A stretch of 64,000 nt of DNA from Gracilinanus agilis (lineage: Eukaryota), in the NCBI RefSeq assembly GCF_016433145.1, contig NC_058131.1, positions 232,169,076 to 232,233,075 of the forward strand. The letters run 5' to 3'. Shown piece after piece: positions 1-30,885 of the stretch. Each line of letters opens with the position of its first letter. The stretch's first letter is position 1. The notes below the pieces were generated by a model. It was given only the letters and a program-made list of their open reading frames with translations. It ran no database searches and was not told the origin of the DNA. Made by a program: the position numbers and the translations under genes.

Positions 1-66
1 AGGGTGCTAAGTAAGTAGACAACTTGGAAGAAATGCCGAGCCCCCTAAGACCTACTCCTCTATCTA

Positions 67-20950
<20,884 letters not shown>

Positions 20951-21038
20951 CCCGAGGGCAGTGATTTCCATACTGCACCTCACCCAGTCCAGCCCAGAAA
21001 CATACACACGTAAAGCACCTTTCATTGAAAAGGGTTAT

Positions 21039-21044
21039 TTTATT
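21039..21044 (-). terminator. Candidate ATRAID polyadenylation signal AATAAA
   Basis: tttatt on + strand, about 200 nt past the ATRAID stop codon; first canonical hexamer after the stop. Confidence 0.6.
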
Positions 21045-21241
21045 TGGGGTAAACATCCCATACAAACACTTCTAACTTCAAGCCGGGTCTAGAACCAGCC
21101 AGACTACTTGTAATTTCCAGCTATCTTCCCCACCCCCTGCTTCTTTGCACTCGCGATCAAAGCCGCATCTGAGGAAGGAAACTCTTAGGCTGTGTCCACC
21201 GAAGGGCTTATTTGATTTTTAGGTCGATAGGAAGGTCTGAA

Positions 21242-24200
21242 TCAGGAGGCTTTGATTTTTCGAAGCTGGGTCCCCCAGAGCAAGATGGAGATGCAAAAGG
21301 TGGTAGTGCCTAGGATTCCAGAGAACATAAGGAGTGGGAAGGAACCCTGTAAATGATATGCAGTGAGAAGCAAGTGTCAGCAGAACCCTTCTGAGACCCA
21401 AAGTTTACCATCCCCTTCCACTCAGTCACCCCTCCCTAAAGTTTCCCTCTTCATGTAGCTGACTCCTCCCTCATACTCCTTGTCCCAAACCCACTTCCCA
21501 CCTCTCGCAGACACTTGTAGCCATGGAAGCCACTAGTACAAAGACACTGGAAGAGGCCTGGGCCATCTGGGACACAGTATGCATTTTCAGGGCACAAAGC
21601 TGGGAAGAGACAAACAGTAGCTATGTTAGATTCCTTAGGTGGGGGCAAGGCTACCCATACTTCTGCTCCAAGCCAAAATCTTTTAAACTACTTTCCAGAC
21701 CAGCAGCAATAATATAAAGGATGAAACTAATTATGTCCTTTACACGGGGTTAGTATCTGAAATAAAAGAAAGCTCTTTAAAACATGGACACTAATCAGCC
21801 AGGGAATATTTTTCCTTATTCAAGGTACAGAATTTAAGAGAAGTGGGATAGTTCTTAGAGGAAGGAAAGTGAAGTCATACCTTGCTCCATGGTGCTATTG
21901 CATTGACTTCTTTGCCCAAGGCAGGTATAGTTGTCAGGGCCACGGGTGACATTATCCCAGGCATAATCCCCTCCAGGACAGTCTATATTTGGTGGCAGCA
22001 CCCTGAACATAACACACAGCTGTCAAAACCATACAATTAGATGTTGCTGATCTTATTGTATATTCCCTATTTCCCCTTACTCACAGTATCTGGAGCTCAG
22101 TGAAGTTACGGAAGACTGAGGTAGATATATTCAGGAAGGGGTTTGCTTGTAGGTCTCTGCAAATCAAAAACACTCATTATGCCTCTCCTAAGGAAGCTCC
22201 TTGGCCAATCTATATCCCTCATCTCAGACCACCCAGAATAGAATAAGGGCTCCCACATTTCTGCTCAAGATAGATCTTCCTCTCTAGTGATGGAGTTCTG
22301 TATTCCCTTACAGACATATCCCCTGGGAGGGAGGGACTTGAGAGCACTTACAAAACAATGGCAGAATGGGCCTCAACAAAGTTCAGATCCAGTACTTTCA
22401 GGGAACAGTTCTGAAGATCTAGTCTACAGGAAGAGAAAGGTCAATGTAATCTCATCCCTCTTGCTCTGTTCACCACTTTTTTTCCCCCAACAGAACTGTT
22501 TTGCCACCTGTCTTTTTAGCCTCCTTTTAAAGCCAGCTATCGTTAATTGCAGACCAGGTGAGCACACAGCACACCCTGGGTGCTGTACTCCTTCTTAATC
22601 TGTACAAGTCTAGGCCAACATGTCAGCATATATGACTACTAGGAAATAAGGAGAAGGGTCTGTCTGTGTTTCTAACCTAGAAAACATATCTCAAATTTGT
22701 CACCAGATCACTGGTGACTCAATACAGGATAGTACAAAAATGCAAGTTATATAAAAGCATAAGTTTTTGCTTTTCCCCCCAAGTAAAGATGTTAAAAGTC
22801 CAACAAACTAAATTGCAAAAATCCTTAGGGTTTTGACTGTGCTTTTAGTCTTGTTTTCCCTCAGTATCTTATATTTATTCAACAAATACGTATTGAGAGC
22901 CTACTATGTGTTGTATATTACTCTGTAATAGTACCATGCACTATTAAAAAAAACAAACAAATCTTACCCTCTGTCTCAGAAACAATACTATCTGTTCCAA
23001 GGCAGAAGAGTGGTAAGAGCTAGGCAATTAGGGTTAAAAGACTTGCCTAAGGTCACATAGCTAGGAAGTTTCCGAGGCTAGATTTGAACCCAGAATCTCC
23101 CAACTCCAGGCCTGGCTCTCTATCCACTGAACCACTTAGTTGTTACTAGTATGATGTACTTTTACACTAGCGAGTATAAACAGAGATCTATGAACTCAAG
23201 GTCCTTGCACTCTACTAGGAAAGGACAAGAACAAGATACAAAAAATAATTACAAAAATTACTTGAGAGTTCAAGACCAATATAACAATGTCACAAGGAAG
23301 CATTTAATATCATGTGTTACAAAACTATAAAGGATCAGGATATGATCAGTGAAGGCTTCATGGAAGAGGTAAGACTGGTTAAGTTGAGTATAGAAGAATA
23401 TGATCTATTACGGGAAGAAAGAAAAGAATAAGCATGGAGACAGAATGTACTTGGGAATCATCAAATCTGGCTAAAGCCAAATTTGTATCTTAAATCAGTT
23501 GTCATAAAAAAACAAAACAAAACAAAAAAAGCCTGTGTCCAGAATCCCATGCTCAGGAGTTTATAGCTCAAAATTTATCTGTCAACAAAATAAACAATTC
23601 CGAGGATAGAAAGATTAAAAGAAGAAAAACCAGTTAGAAAGCAATAAAAACCATGCATTTAATGATGTTATGATGATGCCAGTGTGAATGGAAAGAAATA
23701 AACTGAGAATGACATGAGAAACAGAATGAAGGCAGAATGGGCAGATTTGATGACGAGAATAGAGAGGATTCAAAATGACTGGAAGGACAGCTTTAGACTA
23801 TATATTTGAAACAACTCCATGAAAAGTTCAGTAGGTAATTGGAGATATACATGTGATGTTTTGTCCTTAAAAAATAAATTTATTGTATTCTAATTAAAAA
23901 AACACAAGAGTAAGAAATTACTTTTGTTGAAATTTTAAAAATAATTTGTATTAAATTATTTTAGGAACAGAAAAAGATGTAAAAACATGTTTATGGATCA
24001 AAATAGTTAGCAGTCACTGAATAAAACAAAAAAAGCTCAAATTTCAAATATCTCTGAATGAAGATAGTCATCCAAATGAACTCAAACCAATTATTGATTT
24101 GTGCCAGCTGAGGGGTACAAATCAATAACTTATGACATATTAAAAGGAAAATCCATGTTTCCACTTGTGGAAATGTGGTTCTTTTTGCTTCATATTCAAT

Positions 24201-27200
24201 ATTAATTTCAATGACAAACTAAAGCAAACAATGGCAGATGGTTATACTTTTGAATTTAACAGAAAGCCTTCAATTGTCTATAGGGGGCAGCTAGGTGGCG
24301 CAGTAGATAGAGTGCCCTCCTGGAATCAGGAAGACTCTTCCTGAGCTCAAATCTGGCCTGACACTTACTAGCTGTGTGACCCTAGTAAATTCATTTAGCC
24401 ATGTTGGCTTTAGTTTCCTCGTCTGGAAAATGAGCTAGAGAAGGAAATGGCAAATCACCCCAGTATCTTTGCCAAGAAGACCCCAAATAGGGTCACAAAA
24501 ATTACAACGCACCTGAAAAAAACTGAGTAACATCAATTGTCTAAAGGTATAAAGCTGTATCTCTTTTCCAGTTGAAAAAATATTTTATGATATCTTTAGC
24601 ATCATAGTTAGAGATATATATATCCTCTATCTTATTAGTATTAGTTGAAGTTGAGTACCTTAAAAGAGTAATTAAGAGAGAATCTAAAGGACCAAATCTT
24701 GAGTAATTTAGAGGACAAGAAGATAAAGACATACAATCAAGGGGGCCGCTTGTGTGGCTCGGTGGATTGAAAGCCAGGCCCAGAAACAGGAAGTCCTGGG
24801 TTCAAATCTGGCCTCAGACACTTTCTAGTTCTGTAACCCCCATTGCCTAGCTCTTACCACTCTTCTGCCTTGGAACTAATACCTGGTATTAACTCTAAGA
24901 TGGAAGGCAAGGGTTTAAAAAAAAAAAAAAGACATACAATCAAGAATACATTAGAAGGGGGCAGCTGGGTGGCTCAGTGGATTGAGAGCCAGGACTAGAG
25001 ATGGGAGGTCCTAGGTACAAATCTGGCCTCAAGACACTTCCTAGCTGTGTGTCCCTGGCCAAGTCACTTGACCCCCATTGCCTAGCCCTTACCACTCTTC
25101 TGCCTTGGAACCAATACAGAGTATTGATTCCAAGACAAAAGGTAAGGGTTAAAAAAAAAAAAAAAGAATACATTAGGAAAAATCAAAGGATAACATGAAT
25201 AGTCTATTATTTTGTAGGTAAGGTAAAACAATTTCAAGGGCAGGTTGGATACCTATATCGAATGTATATAACAGGTACTCAAATACTGCAGAATGAAAAA
25301 CATCAGAAATTTTAAAAGGAAGTATAGTAATGAGTTATTGCTAGGCAAAAGGTAAATTATACTGTTTTTGTGCAGTAGTTAAGTAGAGTCAAATGGGGCA
25401 GATAGTCCATTGGGTCTTCCCTAGCCAAAATGACAAATGGATTAAAAAAAATATAAGGATCATATGTCCCCAGATATACACCTGTATTTGTATTCCTTGG
25501 TCATGTGTCTATAGGGTCATATTTGGGGAATCAAAGATGACACTCCAAACCACACAACTATGTGTAACCACAAAATCCACTCCTCTCCCTCACCCCACAA
25601 TGGTGCCCTGTTCAGTCAGACAGCATCGAGCATACAGCTTTAACTCTTGTCTCTGCTTACAGTAATAGTCAACCTCTGAAGTATCATGAACTGGCCCTGG
25701 ACAATATTTGCATACCTGCAAAAGAAAGATTTGTATGGTCAAGAACAGAAAAGAAAAAAAAAGGTCAAAATAATGCTAACTGACCATCAGATTTTTATCT
25801 CATAAAGGGGCAATGAGTTTGCATCATCTCTTCATCCAACATAGAAAAGTTAAACTTATACTTCAGATTTTCTGAAAAAGGCTCTAACCACTCCTCCCAC
25901 AATCTGCTCTGGAGAAAAACATATTCCTGTTTTCTCTTTCTTTTGTGTGAGGTATCATCAACTCTTTTATTTGGTGACATCCTTCTAGCTGCTACTCTCC
26001 ACTCTTTCGAAACCTGAATGTGTTAGGAAAAGGCCCTCACTCACTAGTAGAGCATCACCCAAAATCACTTATTAAATAAGTACATTAACTTATAAATGCA
26101 AACTGTCAACATTAATTTGGACAGATATAAAAAGTTTTTACAAGAACACAATAATGGTAACATCCTACATTGATCTGCATTATAGGCAGGCATTTTTTAA
26201 ATTTGGGCATGAGTTAACCTTTAAAAATAGGGGGAAAGGTAGAAGAAGTGACAATTAAAAAAATTTTGAAACAGTAGCAGCTCTTTTAGCTAGCTCAGAT
26301 TCATAGACTGTTAGAAAGTGATTTTTGGAGATCATTTCCCCCAATCTTTTCCACCTCTCAACCTCAGATTTACTAGGGACCAGAGAGACATCCTGGAAGT
26401 GACTCTGGCTAATTAAATCTTGTTTCTCTCTACCCCTCAGGCAATTCTCTAAGGCTATACAATAGAAAGAGCATTGCCTTTGCAGTCCAAGGACCAGAAT
26501 TTACATTCTGTCTCTAAAGTATAAAACACTAAACCCCTGGGCCTCAGCTTCCCACCTATAAAATGAAGGAGATGGACTACACAGGCCCTGAGGTCCCTTT
26601 TAGCTTTACATTCTATGGGCTAAACAAAGGGGAAATGACTTGCCCAAGGTCACACAGCTGCTTAAGTGTGAGTGACTTGGAAACAGATAATGTGATAGAA
26701 AGAGAAAACCCCATATCTGTCAGACCTGTTTAAGTATCAGCCTTAGACACTTACCAACTGTGTGACTGTGGGCATGTCACTTGACCTCTGTCTGTCTCAT
26801 TTTCATCATCTGTAAAATGGAGATAACAATAGCATCTACCAGCCAAGTTGTTGTAAGAATGAGATAATATTTATAAAGAATTTCACAATAATAAATTATC
26901 TCGTCTTCTGACTTCCAGCTCCAAGCTCCCTTTATGACTAAATTATGCTAGTAACTGACATTTATAATAATACAAAGAGTAACCCTCATTTAAGCTGACT
27001 TTTAAGAATATGGCTTAATAGAAGGATAAAGTCAGAAAAACCTGGGCTCAAGTCCTGCTTCTGATGTACAGAATTTACTATCCTGGGACAAGTCCCTTCA
27101 ATCTCTGCTCCCAGGTAGCTCTCAAACGTCAGGGCTGTCCATCTGCATCTGTTGAGGGGGTTTCCATACCGGGAATCCTCACAGAAATGAACTCAAAGTC

Positions 27201-27681
27201 AGGGTTAGACTTAAAATTTTACAAAGTGTTCCCCTATCCGTTAATTATCCTGTCGCCCTACAAACAGTGTGGCCATACAAACCCCTCGATTCCTTCGGGG
27301 GAATACTTTTATTTAAAACACTGATTCTCCTAGTTCATCTCATAACAGCTGATTTCTGGCTAATATTTTAGGCTACGAAGGAGGTGCACATAGTGGGGTC
27401 CCAGGGAGGGTGCATGAAGGGACAGGCAGGGACAGGCGAAGCCCCCGACTGGTGCGGGGGCTTCGGGAGTCCGCCTTGACCCAGCGGAGGCAGGTGGCAA
27501 TGGTGGTAGCTTAGCAGGGGCCGAGGCCTATTACCGGCTTCCTCCACACACACCCCGACCTCACCGACTCCCTCTTCAGTACCTCGGGCACCGCCAGGGA
27601 CCTTCCCGCGCTCAGAACGAGGAGCAGGGCCATAGCCCTGGACACCCAGGCCAGAAACCCCGCGAGTCCATCCAGCACCAT
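21242..27681 (-). CDS. ATRAID: All-trans retinoic acid-induced differentiation factor (APR3), 229 aa type I membrane protein with signal peptide, Cys-rich/LRR-like region, EGF domain and TM helix
   Basis: Exons 27583-27681 (MVLDGLAGFLAWVSRAMALLLVLSAGRSLAVPE), 25594-25715 (VCKYCPG...ARCCLTEQGTIVG), 22352-22423 (LDLQNCSL), 22085-22156 (DLQANP), 21881-22002 (CPGGDYAW), 21502-21599 (CPENAYCVPDGPGLFQCLCTSGFHGYKC, EGF-like), 21242-21346 (GSFPLLMFSGILG...RKIKAS*). Total 690 nt, all GT-AG. Position between CAD and SLC5A6 matches human synteny as I recall it. Confidence 0.95.
22945..23140 (-). mobile_element. SINE1_Mdo-type SINE inserted in an L2-like remnant
   Basis: ttccaaggcagaagagtggtaagagctagg...gatttgaacccag...ctatccactga; flanks carry L2-like attcaacaaatacgtattgagagcctactatgtg. 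Confidence 0.7.
24283..24530 (+). mobile_element. MAR1-type SINE
   Basis: gggggcagctaggtggcgcagtagatagag head, CORE, and gagaaggaaatggcaaatcaccccagtatctttgccaagaagacccc RTE-like tail. Confidence 0.75.
24741..24930 (+). mobile_element. SINE1_Mdo-type SINE (first of an adjacent pair)
   Basis: Poly(A) tail; TSD gacatacaatcaag. Confidence 0.88.
24957..25164 (+). mobile_element. SINE1_Mdo-type SINE (second of an adjacent pair)
   Basis: Poly(A) tail; TSD aagaatacattag. Confidence 0.88.
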
Positions 27682-28300
27682 TTTCCTTCCTCGTTTCCCT
27701 CAACGCGTGACGTTGATCATCACATGTCAGAGACTACGTGGGGACGTCGCTATGACGCTCGTGCCCTCCCCCATCCCGGCTGTTGAATAGTCTCCCCGAG
27801 ATAAGCTTCGCGGGAATCCCGAGGGCTTTAGGAGATGCTCTTTCATGGCTGGCGAAGGAGCCTTTCCCGTCCCCAGTTCTCGAGGTGTCAACGGTTTTTG
27901 GGTTTTTTCTTCCGGATTCCCCAGAGGGCAGATCTCCTTCCCTCCTCCATCTTTGTACGGGGCTCCAACTGGTTCCTTTGGCAGGCTTGGGGACGGCGGT
28001 GGGGTACTGGATCCCAGACCCACAGTACCTTCATCCCATTCTCGGCGCCAGCTCCCGGGACCCTCTAGAGACCCAAAGTCCAGCCAGAACGAGTTAGGTT
28101 AACATGGTGGGCGTGGCCCCGCCTCGTTTGCTCCAATCAGGAGGCGCGGCTGCGGAGGCGCGGCAGTGGCGTCATCGGTCCGCGCGCTCCCGGCTGCGGG
28201 TAACCTCGACCTGAGGACCCACGTGTGTTGGAGGTGGCGGTGCCTACGCAGTGGGTGTCCGCTAGTGGGGCAACCTGAGGTTGGGTGGAGGCGGGTCCGG
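27400..28300. promoter_or_regulatory. Bidirectional CpG-island promoter shared by ATRAID (-) and SLC5A6 (+)
   Basis: CpG-rich island containing ATRAID exon 1. GC box (ggccccgcctc, about 28115-28125), CCAAT box (ccaatca, about 28134), E-box CACATG (27721-27726), TGACGT-like motifs. The two genes are head-to-head. Confidence 0.8.
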
Positions 28301-29576
28301 AGAGGTACTGATATCTACTCAAAGTAGAAGAGGAACATTATGACTCGGAAACAAGGAAGTAAAGAGAGTGCAGGACAGAGGTAAGCAGTGGAGGGGGAGG
28401 TAGGAAGGAAAGACCGACCCAGTATCCCTACCTTAGTATGGGGTAGGGAAGGATTCTTTTTGCAGAATCCGGGGTCTTTGTACCTAGCCGGGAGAGTGTG
28501 CTGCCCGGGGGAAGGACTTCCCCTTACGTAAAGATTTCGAGGGGAGGAAAAATGAAGGGGTGGGTGGATAGTGAGTAATAGATAATAAGTAGGGAGAGGA
28601 GATAACGGGGGTGGAATGGGGGGAGAGATACAAAGGAAGACAGCTGTGCTGAAAAGAAAAGGAGAAGCCAGGCAGAGGACAAGAGAAGATCATTTGATGT
28701 CCACATCTGTCCTTTCTTTAATCACAGAAAAGTTAATGATGAGGAGCTGGAAAGAGATGGAGGGGACTTCTTAGCGTTGGCCTAAGCGGAGGAGGTAAGG
28801 AGACTGGAGACGCTGCACGCATTTCAAGTTGTTTCTTGGATTGTATTCCCAGCTTTGCTGTTTTTGTGACCTTGGGCAAACCACTTCTCTCTGGATCTCT
28901 GTTTCTTTTGCAAAATGACGGGGTTGGATTAGTTGTTCTCTAATGTATGGCCAGCTTTCAAACCTGTAAAAGAATAGGGAGGGGGCTATGCTAGGGAGAT
29001 GGGGTTGTAGGAAAGGGAAGATGAAGGTATTGCACTTTCACAGGGTTTTTGGCAGTTTATTTTTCAGAAAGGAGTAGTAGGGTATTTTGCAAAATTAATA
29101 CGTTTTATTTGACTTTCAGTCAAGGAGCGTTTACTTATTAAGCACTTACTTGTGCTAAGCACTGAGCTACAAAGAAAAGCAAAAAATATTCCTTAGTCTC
29201 ATGGAACTCACAGTAGAATGAAACAACTGTTTCCAAACAAGTTCTGGATAAATATGACATAATCACAAGGGGGGGGGGCACTTGCTTTAAGGAAGCAAGT
29301 GGTAGTTAGAAAAGGCTTTTTGCAGAAAATGGGATTTAGCTGACACTTGAAAGAAAGCCAGGAGATGGAGATGAGGAGAGAGAGAATTTCAGTTATAGGA
29401 GATAGCCAATGAAAAAAAACAGGAGATGGCAAGCTTATTCAAGGAACAGTAAAGAATCCATTGTTATTGGATCACAGAATTCATAGAGGAGGGGAGTAAG
29501 GTACTTCTAAGAAGACTGGAAAGATAGGAAGGGACTACATAGACTGGCTTTAAAAGCCAAACAAGATTTGAGAGCA

Positions 29577-29761
29577 GGGGACAGCTGGGTAGCTCAGTGG
29601 ATTGAGAACCAGGCTTAGAGATGGGAGGTCCTAGGTTCAAATCCGGCATTAGACATTTCCTAGCTGTGTGACCCTGGGCAAGTCACTTGACCCCTATTGC
29701 CCACCTTTACCACTCTTCCACCTAGGAGCCAATATACAGAAGTTAAGGGTTAAAAAAAAAA
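29577..29761 (+). mobile_element. SINE1_Mdo-type SINE
   Basis: Full length with poly(A), inside L2-like sequence in the SLC5A6 5' intron. Confidence 0.88.
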
Positions 29762-30270
29762 AGAAAAGATTGGAGGGTAGGTAGTTTGCACAATGAATAG
29801 AGGGCTGGACCTAGAGTTAAGAAGATCTGAGTTTATATCCAGCCTCAGACTTCTGCTAGCCGTCTACCTTGGGCAAATACCTTAACCTCTCTTTGCATTG
29901 GTTTCCTCATCTGTAAAGTGGAGATGATAATATAGCAACTGCTTCCTAATGTTGCTATGAGGATCAAATGAAATATTAATTATAAGGTGCTCTTAGCACA
30001 AGTCTGATACATAGTAAGTTAACTATCATTTTTTGATCCTGGAAGTATTAAGGAACCAGTGGAGTTTATTGAATAGGAAAGTGACATTGTCAGACCTGCC
30101 TTTTAAGATAATTTTTTTGGCTGAGTTGGAGGATAAACTGGGAGATTTGTGGTAGGCACAAATAGGCAGTCAGTAATTACTTAACAATAATAGTAAAGTC
30201 AGGAAGAGGGGAAGGTTAAAGGAAAATAAATTTTCAGTGTTAGATATGTTGAGTTTAAGATGTTTATGGG

Positions 30271-30490
30271 AAGGGGGCAGCTTAGCGGCTTAGTGGATAA
30301 AGAGCCAGGCCTAGAAACTGCAGTACTTCAAATTTGAAGTACTTCAAATGTGGCCTCAGACATTTCCTACCTATGTGACCCTGGGCAAGTCATTTAACCC
30401 CCACTGCCTACCCCTTACTGATCTTCTTCCTTGAAACCTATCTCAGTATGATTCTAAGACAAAAGGTAAGAGTTTAAAAAAAAAAAAAAA
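30271..30490 (+). mobile_element. SINE1_Mdo-type SINE
   Basis: Poly(A); TSD aagatgt(t/a)tatggg. Confidence 0.85.
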
Positions 30491-30685
30491 AAGATGTATA
30501 TGGGCCATTCAGTTTGAGATGTCCAAGAGATAGATAGAAATCTAGAGGTCAGCATTTAAACTACCTGCCTGCCAAAGGCACCCGTTCTGCATCAGATCCA
30601 GATCCATGGATCTGATGGCTTCATGTAGCTTAGTACAGTTCGTTTCTAAGATACTGGAGATAAATGAATTTTTTAAAAAGATAAT

Positions 30686-30885
30686 TCTTTTTTTAATGTT
30701 CTTTATTTTATTCCAGTGACAAATCTACACATAAGTTTTCCAAGGTTACATGATTTATGTTGTCTCCTTCCCCTCTTCCCTCATCTCTACCATAGTTGAC
30801 AGGCAATTCCACTGGGTTTACCTATATTATCACTCAAAACCTATTTACATATTGTTCATTTTTGTAATAGAGTAATCTTAAAAGA
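30686..30885 (-). mobile_element. Marsupial L1 3'-end fragment
   Basis: T-rich tail then ttttccaaggttacatgatttatgttgtctcc...gacaggcaattccactgggttt, the reverse complement of the 16385-16610 type. Confidence 0.6.

Noticed and set aside
30590-30617. 11-bp perfect inverted repeat catcagatcca/tggatctgatg
   Set aside because: Explained by a short agatcc duplication in a repeat-derived intronic region; too small to support a functional RNA call.
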